Shown here: piece by piece, positions 22,077 to 32,173 of the stretch
Layout: every line of letters starts with the position of its first letter
How positions within the stretch are numbered: position 1 is the first letter of the stretch
Source of the DNA: Alphaproteobacteria bacterium
Lineage (GTDB): Bacteria > Pseudomonadota > Alphaproteobacteria > UBA8317
Length of the DNA stretch: 64,000 nucleotides
Direction of reading: 5' to 3'
NCBI GenBank assembly: GCA_038131935.1
Contig: JAYPQH010000005.1
Location: 1-64,000, forward strand
Made by a program: the position numbers and the translations under genes
Notes under the pieces: model-generated
Told to the model about the DNA's origin: nothing
Databases searched by the model: none
What the model saw: only the letters and a program-made list of their open reading frames with translations

Positions 22077-22681
22077 TTTTTGAGCGCCTCATAACCCAAC
22101 ACATATTCTCTGAATAAAGTGGCGTTAATATGTCCACTGCGGATAGGCATGACCACAGGGGGCATTTCTGGTGAAATGAGAATATGACCAAAAAGAGGTC
22201 CTTGTCCTGCCATGATCTGGGTTCGTAGCTGGTCGATGCCATCAAGATCATGAACCCTTAGTACCTGTTTGATACCTGAGGCTTCAGCGACAGCGCCCAA
22301 ATCAAGGCAGACGCCTGTATGGCTTATCTGTCCGCCTGTTTCACCAAAATGACCATTGTCCCAACAAATGATAGATAGATTTTTGGGAGCACGAAGGCCA
22401 ACGGTTGCTAAAGAATACATCGCCATGGATAACTCTGAGTCACCAGTGAAAGCTGCTACATGTTTTGTGGGCTGGGCCAATGCCAAACCTAATGCTGTGG
22501 GCACAACAGATCCCATGCCACCGAGCATGAAGAAATTCCCACGATGTTCGCTGGCATGCTGAATATCCCAGACTGCTGAGCCAAGGCCTGCGACCAACAA
22601 AAGATCATCTGACCGGTTTTGTAGAAGGCGTGTCGCGGCTTCACGACGCTCCATCGCGTTTGAATAGACTTCTGCTTTCAT
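22073..22681 (-). CDS. ThDP-dependent decarboxylase, beta subunit (sulfopyruvate/phosphonopyruvate decarboxylase-like, ComE-like)
   Basis: FFMLGGMG...GLALAQP and the ThDP motif GDS...WDNGHFGETGGQ. Confidence 0.85.
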   Translation of the reverse strand: MKAEVYSNAMERREAATRLLQNRSDDLLLVAGLGSAVWDIQHASEHRGNFFMLGGMGSVVPTALGLALAQPTKHVAAFTGDSELSMAMYSLATVGLRAPKNLSIICWDNGHFGETGGQISHTGVCLDLGAVAEASGIKQVLRVHDLDGIDQLRTQIMAGQGPLFGHILISPEMPPVVMPIRSGHINATLFREYVLGYEALKK

Positions 22682-23213
22682 GGCTGAGGCTCCTTCACGA
22701 AGACTTTGGCACCTGTGACGCGTTGAGAAATAAGGGTGAACACGGGCAAATAGGATTGAAAGGCTGTTTGCCGCTCGATTCTACCACAGGGATAACATCT
22801 TCGGCTGTTTCTGCGCGGTTCACCACAATACCTGCAGCTTCTAGAACGTTCCCAGTGGCTTGTCCCATGGGAGCCTGCCAAGGGTTAAACTCGCCCCATT
22901 CTCCGCGCATGGTAGAAATTGCAAAAAATGGTGTAGCGGCACTTCTGGCAAGTCCCAAAGCATTCATCATGTTTCCGACACCACTGGACTGAAGCAGCAT
23001 GCAAGCACGTCTTCCACCAAGCCATGCGCCCACACATATCCCAACAGCTTCAAACTCATTTACCAGGGGAAAACAATCTATGTCTTGGTCTTCACGGCAT
23101 TGTTCGATCAATTGCGCGTGTCCTGCATCTGGTACATAGACAACAAGATCGATACCCAAACGTTTTAATGTTGGGTGCATTTCTTCGCGCCAATTGACGC
23201 CTTCTTGGTACAT
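22678..23213 (-). CDS. ThDP-dependent decarboxylase, alpha subunit (ComD-like); frameshift near 22740
   Basis: YVPDAG, NEFEAVG...GAWLGG, QSSGVGNMMNAL, RGEWGEFNPWQ. The C-terminus LISQRVTGAKVF is in another frame. GGAGG RBS precedes ATG 23213. Confidence 0.85.
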
Positions 23214-23280
23214 GATGAACCTCCCTCGGTAGCTTTTTTGGAATGCTAGCGGAGGAAACTCATTTCGAAAAGCTCCAAAC

Positions 23281-23856
23281 TTAAAGAATTTGGAAAAGAA
23301 TGAAGAGTAACAAAAGAAAAGCAAACCCTATGGTGAGTGCTTTTGCCATATGTTGGCTGATCCAGCCCAAGGCAGAGGGGCCATAAGTGGCCACCAAGTA
23401 AGCAACAAGAAAAAAACGTAACCCTCGAGAAAGCAAACTTGCGATGAGAAATGCCAGCAGATTAAGCTCAAGAAATCCTGAGGTTATGGTGATGACCTTA
23501 TAGGGAAAGGGTGTGATACCAGCACCAAACACAATCATGCTTCCGTAAATGTCATAATAACCACGAAATTCATCAATCAAGGCGCTTTTCCCCAAGGCTT
23601 CCAGCGCAGGCAATCCCAGTTCAACAAAAAAGAAATAACCCAAAACATAGCCGAACAAACCACCCAAAACAGATGTAACCGTGGTGATAAGTGCATAAAA
23701 TATCCATCGATCAGGGCGAGCCAAGCACATTGGCATCAGCATGATGTCAGGAGGGATGGGAAAAACAGAACTTTCGACAAATGATACAAGTCCCAACGCT
23801 GTGGGGGCTTGTTTATGCTCGGCTAGTCCTATCAATCTTGCACGCAATGACATCAT
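23281..23856 (-). CDS. YqaA/DedA family membrane protein
   Basis: SFVESSVFPIPPD, TPFPYKVITITSG, SRGLRFF. Confidence 0.92.
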   Translation of the reverse strand: MMSLRARLIGLAEHKQAPTALGLVSFVESSVFPIPPDIMLMPMCLARPDRWIFYALITTVTSVLGGLFGYVLGYFFFVELGLPALEALGKSALIDEFRGYYDIYGSMIVFGAGITPFPYKVITITSGFLELNLLAFLIASLLSRGLRFFLVAYLVATYGPSALGWISQHMAKALTIGFAFLLLLFILFQIL

Positions 23857-23952
23857 TTTAACCTTCACGATAAAAAATGCATAGAAGGGGCCATTAGGGA
23901 GTTGGCATAAGTGATCAAATTGCTGTATGGTACCATCTTCCAATTGGTGCAA

Positions 23953-24037
23953 GCCCCTGTGGCGGAATTGGTAGACGCGCCGCACTCAAAATGCGGTTCC
24001 GCAAGGAGTACCTGTTCGAGTCAGGTCAGGGGCACCA
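23953..24037 (+). tRNA. tRNA-Leu (anticodon CAA)
   Basis: Acceptor gcccctg/caggggc, D-loop ggtag, anticodon stem ccgca/tgcgg with loop ctCAAaa, long variable arm, T-loop ttcgagt, and an encoded CCA end. Confidence 0.97.
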
Positions 24038-24414
24038 TTTGGGTCATACCATTTTGGCTTGTACCATATGGCTCGTACCATTGGGATCATGGTAAGATCT
24101 GGGTCGCCCTAAACATTCCACTACGTAAAAGTGAGTGATGCTCAGAGCATTTTTTATTCCTTTGCCCGCTAAATGAACCATGTTCGGTCGTGCGATAGCT
24201 ACAATCAATGAGTGTCCGACTCATGTTTATGGTTTTTCATTTTTGGCCAGCAAATAAAAATCACATTTCTTCTTAGTTTGGTGATTTTGTGCTAAAGATA
24301 GCAAATTGTAAAAAAATATTTTTTTATTTCTCAATATTTTTCCTGTTTTGATGGAAAAAAATGCTATCTTAGGATTTTACCAAGGTCTAGCTTATTTCCT
24401 TGAAGAGGTAGATC

Positions 24415-24998
24415 ATGAGTAAAATTCTTAACGAAGTACTTGCAGCGAATGCAGACTATGCTGACAATTTTGGCGATAAGGGAAATTTAGCCCTTCCTCC
24501 CGCAAGAGGCTTTGCCATTCTGACCTGCATGGACGCGCGGTTAGACCCAGCGCAATATGCAGGATTGTCAGAGGGAGATGCCCACGTCATCAGAAATGCA
24601 GGTGGTCGGGCAAGTGATGATGCGATCAGATCACTGGTCATTTCTCATAAATTGCTGGGAACAAAGGAATGGTTTGTCATTCATCATACCGATTGTGGCA
24701 TGGAACTGTTCACCTCTGAAATCATGGGTGACTTGCTTGCAGAGAGTCTTGAAACGGCAAGCATTGATGAGGATGGATGGAAAAACATAGATAAATCCCC
24801 GGTGGTGCTGTAGACGGAAAATATATCAACTGGCTGACATTTACCGACAATGCTGCTTCCGTCATAGAAGATGTAAACAGGATTCGAAATCATCCTTTGG
24901 TGCCAAAATATATACCCATATATGGCTACATTTATGACTGTAAAACAGGCAAGTTGGTGGAAGTTCAGAAGCCATGCTTGACGCTGAATAATCTTTAA
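24415..24998 (+). CDS. Beta-class carbonic anhydrase (clade D-like); frameshift at about 24800
   Basis: Zn ligands CMDAR and HHTDCG, plus RNAGG. It continues in another frame as INWLTF...[12 protein letters not shown]...[12 protein letters not shown]. Confidence 0.9.
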
Positions 24999-25037
24999 AA
25001 AGTTACATAATTATCCAATCTTTGAGAGGAGAATTTC

Positions 25038-25670
25038 ATGAGTTTGAGGATAAATGATACCGTTCCTAATCTTAAGGTCATATCTGATATGGGCGATTTT
25101 TATTTGCATGAGTGGATTGGTGACCATTGGGCTATTCTATTTTCTCATCCAAAAGACTTTACCCCTGTTTGCACCACTGAATTTGGCGCAGTGGCAAGTT
25201 TGCGCGACGAGTGGGAAGCTAGAAATACAAAGGTGATCGGGATATCTGTAGATAATGTCGAGGATCATAAAAATTGGAAGAAGATATTCAAAATATGCTC
25301 AAAATCCGGCGTATTTCCCTATCATATCAGATGTAGATTTGGCTGTTTCAAGGCGTTTGGTATGTTTGCCTGGGAAGCTTATTTGCCAGATGGACGGACG
25401 CCTAACGACACCGCAACGGTTAGGTCTGTTTTCATTATTGGCCCAGATAAGGCGCTTAAACTTTCCATCACCTACCCGATGACGGTTGGGCGAAACTTTG
25501 CTGAGGTCCTTCGTGCACTTGATGCCCTGCAGTTGTCATCCCAAAAAGCTGTTGCGACACCCGCTGATTGGCAAAAAGGCGAGGATGTCATTATTCCTGC
25601 AACTCTGAGTGATGAAGAAGCTGAACAAAAATTTGGACCATTCAATAAAATATTGCCTTTCTTGCGATAG
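25038..25670 (+). CDS. 1-Cys peroxiredoxin (Prx6 type); two compensating indels at about 25280-25350
   Basis: FSHPKDFTPVCTTE, YPMTVGRN, ATPADW. The expected FPIISD segment lies in an alternative frame. Confidence 0.92.
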   Translation: MSLRINDTVPNLKVISDMGDFYLHEWIGDHWAILFSHPKDFTPVCTTEFGAVASLRDEWEARNTKVIGISVDNVEDHKNWKKIFKICSKSGVFPYHIRCRFGCFKAFGMFAWEAYLPDGRTPNDTATVRSVFIIGPDKALKLSITYPMTVGRNFAEVLRALDALQLSSQKAVATPADWQKGEDVIIPATLSDEEAEQKFGPFNKILPFLR

Positions 25671-26293
25671 GTAAATGTTCATTAAGTCATCTTATTGAGG
25701 GTTTACATGTGCCCATCCTGCAAGGACTTTGTTAGGTGTGGGATGGGAAAAATTAAAGGGTCCTGAACTTGAACAATAAAAAAGATGGGCTGGTCTTTTA
25801 ATTTATAAGTTTGTTTTAAAATAATTTCTTGAACATTCACAGGGAAATTTAAAGACCCCCTTGTGTAAATACTGCCCTTTCTCCATCTCAATTTATGCTC
25901 ATCTAATTCTTCAATCAGGTACACCGTTCATCAGTGCATTGTTCAAAATTGATGACCGCAAAGCGAGGCTTACGCCATTTGTTGCTTGGGCGATGGAAAA
26001 TTGGCATCAGCTATCCATAGGCCTTTTTTTTTCTTAAGCTTCAAAACATCCTTGTTCCATGAGGAAGGTCAATGCTTTTGTTCAGCTCAACAATTCACAA
26101 GTCATTTTTTCTCATCTTGGCTTGTCTTATAGATTTTGATGCGTTGATAGGACTTTTCTTCCCAGCATCATCAAACAAAACAGTTGTGATTTCGTATTTG
26201 ATTCATTCCTTTTTTATTCCTTGCGACATCTTTTCATTTCTAAGCGTTGATGGCAGACTTTGCTCTTACACTTGGTAAAAAGGACGTGGGCGG

Positions 26294-27175
26294 ATGCTGA
26301 AGACAAGAAAATTATCACCAACTTTTGGACTTGAGGTCTGTGATCTGGACCTCGCCACGGTGGGTGAAGAAAAATTTTCGGAGATTTATAAGCTTTGGCA
26401 GCAAGAGCCTTTGTTGCTGTTTCGCCGACAAAGCCTTCATGAGTCAGAGCATGTAGCTTTTTCTGCGCGCTTTGGTGATCTTGATATCTTGGTGCGTGAT
26501 GATATGCGCTCCAGCCGTCATCCAGAAATCATTTATGTTACAGGGATGAAGCGCCCTGATGGAAGCCAATTGGGAGGTTTGGGAACCTATGAAATCTATT
26601 GGCATCATGATCAAATTTATCGTGCCCGGCCGTCCAACGGCTCCATTTTTTATGCTTTGGAAATGCCAGAAGGTGATGGATGTACCTCCTTTTGTAACAC
26701 GTCGCTAGGCTATGACGCTTTACCAGAAGATCTTCGCCAAAAAATTGAAGGGCGGAAAGCCATCGCAAAATATGGGATGAAGAAAGAATCATCCACGCAA
26801 AGAGATTTTGTGACGAACGCAGCCAAGATGGCTGATATCGATAAAAAGACCCCGCCGGTTTCTCATCCTATGGTTCTTACCCATCCATTAACTGGGAAAA
26901 AATCACTATATCTTGATCCCAACAAAACCCTGGGTATTGAAGGGTATGATGAGGATGAAAGTCGTCAATTGATCAAGCAAATTACGGAATACATGCTCCA
27001 GGATGATTTTATTTATACCCATTCTTGGCGCAATGGTGACGTGGTTTTATGGGATAACGGACGGCTTTGGCATCGTCGTGATGGGTTTGATGCTCAACAA
27101 CCTCGTTTTGCCAAGCGTACAACGGTATTTCTAAATCCTGAAGACTTTCCTGTTCCAGAACCGCATGTCGCATAA
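26294..27175 (+). CDS. TauD/TfdA family Fe(II)/2-oxoglutarate dioxygenase
   Basis: WHHD (HxD), HPMVLTHP, WDNGRLWHRR. Confidence 0.93.
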   Translation: MLKTRKLSPTFGLEVCDLDLATVGEEKFSEIYKLWQQEPLLLFRRQSLHESEHVAFSARFGDLDILVRDDMRSSRHPEIIYVTGMKRPDGSQLGGLGTYEIYWHHDQIYRARPSNGSIFYALEMPEGDGCTSFCNTSLGYDALPEDLRQKIEGRKAIAKYGMKKESSTQRDFVTNAAKMADIDKKTPPVSHPMVLTHPLTGKKSLYLDPNKTLGIEGYDEDESRQLIKQITEYMLQDDFIYTHSWRNGDVVLWDNGRLWHRRDGFDAQQPRFAKRTTVFLNPEDFPVPEPHVA

Positions 27176-28385
27176 TCCATTACCACCTATTTCCCCATCA
27201 GCTTTAGCAGGTATCCGGGTGTTGGATGTTGCCACGGTGATTGCGGGCCCGACACTCGCGATGTTGATGGGGGATTTTGGGGCCGATGTCATCAAAATTG
27301 AACATCCAAAAGGCGATCCATTGAGGGCTACTGGCTATCAAAAAGATGGGGTAGGTCTGTGGTATAAGATGGCCAACCGTAACAAACGCGGTATTACCCT
27401 CAACCTTTCGCAAGATGAAGGCCGAGAAATCTTTCTGCGTCTGGTTGAAACCGCTGATGTCGTTGTGGAAAATTTTCGCACTGGTACATTGGAGAAGTGG
27501 GGTCTTGGATGGGATATATTGCATCAACGAAACCCGAGATTGGTTCTTGCCAGGGTCACCGGATACGGTCAGACAGGTCCATACAAAAGAGAGCCAGGAT
27601 TTGGTACCATCGCGGAAGCATTTTCAGGTTTTGCAGCCATCACAGGTGCTGCTGATGGCCCGCCTACCTTACCCAGTTTTGGTTTGGCCGATGGTGTGGC
27701 AGCAGCTTACGGAATGTTTGCTGTGATGACGGCTCTTTACCATCGTGACGCCCAAGGTGGTGGAGTAGGGCAGGTCATCGATTTATCAATTTACGAACCC
27801 CTATTCCAAATATTAGGCCCCCAGCCCCTGCAATATGACCAATGTGGGGTGGTGCAAAAGCGAACGGGCAACAGGTCATTGAACAATGCCCCGCGTAATA
27901 CCTATCAGACCAAAGATGGCGCATGGGTAGCTGTCTCCACCAACAGCCCCTCTATTGTACAACGTGTTTTGACATTATGTGGCGGACCAGATGTGGCCGC
28001 GGACCCGAGATTTCAAACACCTCAGGGCAGGGTTGCTCACATAGATGAAGTTGATGGCGTTGTGGCAAATTGGGTAAGGAAACATACATTGGATGAGGTT
28101 CTTGACGCCTTTCGTGAGGCTCAAGCTGCAATTGGTCCGGTCTACGATATCGCTCAAATCATGGAGGATCCCCAATATGAAGCCCGTGATGACATCGTAA
28201 CCATTGAGGATGAGGATTTAGGTCCCATAAAAATGACAAATGCTTTTCCTTATCTGTCTTTGACACCTGGGCAGGTGCGCCATGCTGGTCCACGAAAAGG
28301 TCAACATAATGAAGATATCTTGGGTGGTGAGCTGGGATTAAGCGCAAACGAACAGAGACAATTGCGTGAAAAGGGTGTTATTTAG
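27165..28385 (+). CDS. Class III CoA-transferase (CaiB/BaiF)
   Basis: FGADVIKIEHP, NRNKR, ENFRTG, TGYGQTGPY, GLADG. Confidence 0.94.
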   Translation: MSHNPLPPISPSALAGIRVLDVATVIAGPTLAMLMGDFGADVIKIEHPKGDPLRATGYQKDGVGLWYKMANRNKRGITLNLSQDEGREIFLRLVETADVVVENFRTGTLEKWGLGWDILHQRNPRLVLARVTGYGQTGPYKREPGFGTIAEAFSGFAAITGAADGPPTLPSFGLADGVAAAYGMFAVMTALYHRDAQGGGVGQVIDLSIYEPLFQILGPQPLQYDQCGVVQKRTGNRSLNNAPRNTYQTKDGAWVAVSTNSPSIVQRVLTLCGGPDVAADPRFQTPQGRVAHIDEVDGVVANWVRKHTLDEVLDAFREAQAAIGPVYDIAQIMEDPQYEARDDIVTIEDEDLGPIKMTNAFPYLSLTPGQVRHAGPRKGQHNEDILGGELGLSANEQRQLREKGVI

Positions 28386-28430
28386 CAAAAGCCCAATTCA
28401 TAAAATAATGGTGTGACAAGCTGATGTATG

Positions 28431-28463
28431 AAAAAACCCTCCATAAAAATGGAGGGTTTTTTT
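28431..28463. terminator. Bidirectional intrinsic terminator
   Basis: aaaaaaccctccat-aaaa-atggagggttttttt between convergent genes. Confidence 0.9.
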
Positions 28464-28495
28464 GGTCTGATGAAAGATGGTTTAAGAACTTCCCA

Positions 28496-29386
28496 TCATT
28501 GTGAGCGCAATCTCGGGTCAAGTGTATCACGGATAGCATCACCAAATAGATTGAAGCCAAACACAGCCAAGCTGATGGCAAGCCCTGGGAAGATAGCGAT
28601 CCAAGGAGCACTCTCGGCATATTCTTCTGCACCACCTTGTAACATCAAACCCCATGCCGGCGTTGGTTCTTGAACACCAAGGCCAAGATAAGAGAGGGAC
28701 GCTTCAAGAAGGATAGCTTGGCCCAAAAATGATGTTAACATGATTAAGAATGGTGCCATCACGTTGGGTAGCATATGACGCAAGATAATCCGAGCATTGC
28801 TAAAGCCACAGGCACGTGCTGCATCCACATAAGGGATTTCACGGATCGCCAAGGCGCTTGAACGCACCACCCTAGCACATTTGGGGATGAAGGGTATCGT
28901 GATTGCGATGATCACTTTATCAACACCTGTTCCGAAGATGGCAACCAAAGCCAAAGCCATGATGATCAGGGGAAATGCCATAAGCACATCAAGGATCCGT
29001 TGAAAAACCAGATCGATGACCCCACCAAAGAAGGCGCTGGACACGCCAAGTACAAGGCCAATTGAGGCGCCGATAATGGAGGCGACAAAACCTACAAAAA
29101 GTGCAGTCCTGGCGCCATAAACAATCCTCGAAAAGATATCACGTCCAAACTGATCAGTCCCAAAGAAATGCTCTGCAGATGGTCCAACCATCATGGAGGC
29201 AAAGTCATTAAGTTCTGGATCATGGGTTGCAATAACCTCTGCGAACAAGGCCATCAGCACCATCAAGAATACGATGAGACCTCCAAACGCACCCAGGGGA
29301 TTCTTCTTGATAAAGCGCATAACGCCTTTCATGAAAGAAGGTTTTTTGGGTGTGTTCGCAGCTTCGTCTAACGAAATCGTTGCCAT
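28496..29386 (-). CDS. Peptide/nickel-type ABC transporter permease (DppC/OppC-like)
   Basis: FGTDQFGRD, YVDAARACG (EAA loop), LSYLGLG. Confidence 0.95.
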   Translation of the reverse strand: MATISLDEAANTPKKPSFMKGVMRFIKKNPLGAFGGLIVFLMVLMALFAEVIATHDPELNDFASMMVGPSAEHFFGTDQFGRDIFSRIVYGARTALFVGFVASIIGASIGLVLGVSSAFFGGVIDLVFQRILDVLMAFPLIIMALALVAIFGTGVDKVIIAITIPFIPKCARVVRSSALAIREIPYVDAARACGFSNARIILRHMLPNVMAPFLIMLTSFLGQAILLEASLSYLGLGVQEPTPAWGLMLQGGAEEYAESAPWIAIFPGLAISLAVFGFNLFGDAIRDTLDPRLRSQ

Positions 29387-29398
29387 ATTCCGTACTCC

Positions 29399-30370
29399 TT
29401 AACTATATCTGATGCGAGGATCTAACCAAGCATACAGGATGTCGACGACAAAATTGGTAACCACAAAAATCAAGGCGACCAGCATCACCAGAGATTGTGT
29501 CAGCGTGTAGTCATGGTTGATCACTGATTCCACAAACAATTTACCCAAACCATTGAGGTTAAAGACCTGTTCTGTCACCACAAGACCACCCATAAGGAAG
29601 GCAAACTCAATGCCGATGACCGTAACCACGGGCAGCATAGAATTTTTTAGGGCGTGACGGTTGATCACCAACTTTTCACGGAGGCCTTTGGACCGTGCTG
29701 TGCGCACATAATCTTCGCGAAGAACCTCAAGCAATGCTGACCTACACATCCTCGTTGCCACGGCAGAATACCGATAACCCGTCGCCAAAGCAGGCCAGAT
29801 CAACATGCTTAAATTGTGAATTGGATCAACCCAAATCGCTTTGTAATCAATGGGAGGCATCCAAGGTTGTCCGAACCAGGCTTGGGTGTAGATGAGAAGG
29901 CCCAAAATGATCAAAATTCCAAGCCAGAAAGATGGCATGGCAATACCTGCAATGGAAAATGCCCGAACAGTATAATCAACCCAGGTATTTTGTTTCAATG
30001 CGGAGAGCGTACCCAAAGGAATAGCAATCACGATGGAGACCAATGTCGCCATGATCGCAACCTGCATAGATAATTCAAAACGGATCCCAATTTCGTGGGC
30101 AATGCTTTGACCCGTCCACATAGACACGCCAAGATCTCCCACAAACCAACCACTTACCCAGTCCCAGAATTGCACCAAGATGGGGCGGTCTAGACCGAGT
30201 TCTGCGGAGCAGACCTTGACAGCTTCGGGATCCACGAAGCCACCCGTACCGCCTAGTCTCAATTCGCAGATATCACCTGGAATGGCTCTTAGTAGAAAGA
30301 ACACGAAGATAGCCGACCCAAAAAGTGTCGGGAAAATGAGAAGAAGACGTTTTAGTATGTAGTTATACAT
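29399..30370 (-). CDS. Peptide/nickel-type ABC transporter permease (DppB/OppB-like)
   Basis: GDLGVS, EDYVRTARSKGL, HALKNSMLP. Confidence 0.95.
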   Translation of the reverse strand: MYNYILKRLLLIFPTLFGSAIFVFFLLRAIPGDICELRLGGTGGFVDPEAVKVCSAELGLDRPILVQFWDWVSGWFVGDLGVSMWTGQSIAHEIGIRFELSMQVAIMATLVSIVIAIPLGTLSALKQNTWVDYTVRAFSIAGIAMPSFWLGILIILGLLIYTQAWFGQPWMPPIDYKAIWVDPIHNLSMLIWPALATGYRYSAVATRMCRSALLEVLREDYVRTARSKGLREKLVINRHALKNSMLPVVTVIGIEFAFLMGGLVVTEQVFNLNGLGKLFVESVINHDYTLTQSLVMLVALIFVVTNFVVDILYAWLDPRIRYS

Positions 30371-30399
30371 GACCTGTCCCTAGTAAATCGAGAAAATAA

Positions 30400-30430
30400 G
30401 ATGCACCCAGGCGGTTTGCCTGGATGCATC
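30400..30430 (-). promoter_or_regulatory. Stem-loop just downstream of the solute-binding protein gene (likely mRNA stabilisation/attenuation)
   Basis: gatgca-c-ccaggc / gcctgg-a-tgcatc inverted repeat without a U tract. Confidence 0.55.
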
Positions 30431-30442
30431 CATGATAGCTAA

Positions 30443-32066
30443 TTATTGGTCGAGCCAGATGTTGCTCAAATCTTGGTTGAGATAATGGCTCGGGCTAATC
30501 TTCCAACCCTTCATTTTGCTGCTATGCGGAATAATCCGGTACCACCACAAGGTAATGAAGCTATTGGCTTGCTCACCAAGATGATACATTTCCCATTCAC
30601 GCATCAACGCACGCTGCTTTGCAGGGTCTGTTTCACGGTTGATCTTGTTGAAGTAGTCATCAGACTTACGGTCAATGAATTGTCCGTGCTGGCTGCTTCC
30701 TACGTCTTCAGAAATAAACTTTGATGTGTCTGCCAAAGGATTCACAACAGTCTGGCAGTTAAAGTCGATAGAAATATCAAAGTCTTTTTTCTTCCGTAAT
30801 GTGGCATAGAAAGGACCTGTTGGCTGAACACGCTGCTCTACCTCAACACCAATCTCTTTCCACTGACCAATCAACCAGGTGCCCACAATTTTGTATGGCT
30901 GGTCAACCGCGCGGTTGTTCATGGTGATCTTGAGGTTCTCGTGGCCAGCTTCTTTCAAGAGACGCTTGGCTTCCTCACGTGACTTTTTCAGATCTGGCCA
31001 ATATCCTGGGATTTTTTCCAGCTCTTCTTTTGTTGCAGCCAAGGGGTGACTTGGGAACACGATACCACCAACGGTTTTCACGATGGCAATCTTTGAAAGA
31101 TATTCAGATCCACCCCAGCGGTCGACAGCCAAGGTCAAGGCACGACGCACGCGCGCATCATCCATAGGCTTTGACTTATGGTTAGGTGTTACAAGAAGCA
31201 CACAGTTCCAATCGCTCTCTTGAACGGTGATGCCATCGCCAAGTGCATTGACCAAATCATCACGGCTTTTTGGTGGGAACCCACGGAATTCAGCCATAGC
31301 ACGACCACCGCGAATAGCTTGAACACGCAAAGATTGCTTCTTGGCAAATGTAGCTTTGAAACCATCAAGGTAAGGCTTGCCATCATGATAGTAATTTGGG
31401 TTTTTCACACCAGCGATGTAAGCGCCTGGCTGACGATCCATATTCATGAATGGACCTGAACCCAAAACGTTCTTCTCATACCAACGAATATCCTGATCAA
31501 GCTTCACCTTTTGATAAATGAAGTTGAAAGGTGCTGCGAGCGCAGGGATAAATGCTGAGGTTGGGTACTCAAGTTCAAAAACGATGGTCTGATCATCTGG
31601 TGCTGATACGCTTTTAACATATGAGTAAAAACCTTTACGAGCACTCGCCACACCTTCTGGTGGGAAGATGATCTTGTCAAAGGTTGCTTTCACATCCTGA
31701 GCTGTAAGAGGTGACCCATCATGGAATGTGACGCCTTTCTTCAGGGTGAAGGTGTATTTTTTGCCACCATCTGTAGGTGTTGGCATTTCTGTGCAGAGGT
31801 CACAGACAATATCCGTTGGTGATGAAGGATTGTCTGGGTTCACCCTGATCAATGTTGAATAGAAAGGTGCAATAGGATGTACCAACGCAAATGTCGTTTC
31901 CCGGTGCCCGTCAAAGCTCGGTGGTTCGGCAGGAACGACGAAGTCAAGAACGCCGCCTTTTTGATATTGGGTGACCGCCAGCAACTGACATCGTTGCTGC
32001 ACCGCCCCATCCAATGGCTGCAGACATGACAACGCCTGCTGCTATTTTCATGGAATTGTTAAACAT
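30443..32066 (-). CDS. ABC transporter substrate-binding protein, family 5; frameshift just after the signal peptide (about 31975)
   Basis: YTFTLKKGVTFHDGSPLTAQDV and GSGPF. The true start MFNNSMKIAAGVVMSAA at 32066 has a GGGAG RBS. Confidence 0.92.
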
Positions 32067-32173
32067 GTTTTACTCCCTCGTTTTCGTTTCCATTCGGCCT
32101 CTTAACGGACCTTTTTTGGCGATTGTCACGCCTCATTTACGGCCGCGAAGTACGTCTCTGCTTGTGCAGGTTG

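Noticed and set aside
23857-24138. N-terminal extension of the YqaA ORF and the 75-aa ORF at 23911-24138
   Set aside because: Both overlap tRNA-Leu. The likely YqaA start is at 23856 or 23853.
23953-26290. Intact prophage or integrative element at tRNA-Leu
   Set aside because: No integrase or phage gene is present, and I found no distal attR copy of the tRNA 3' end.
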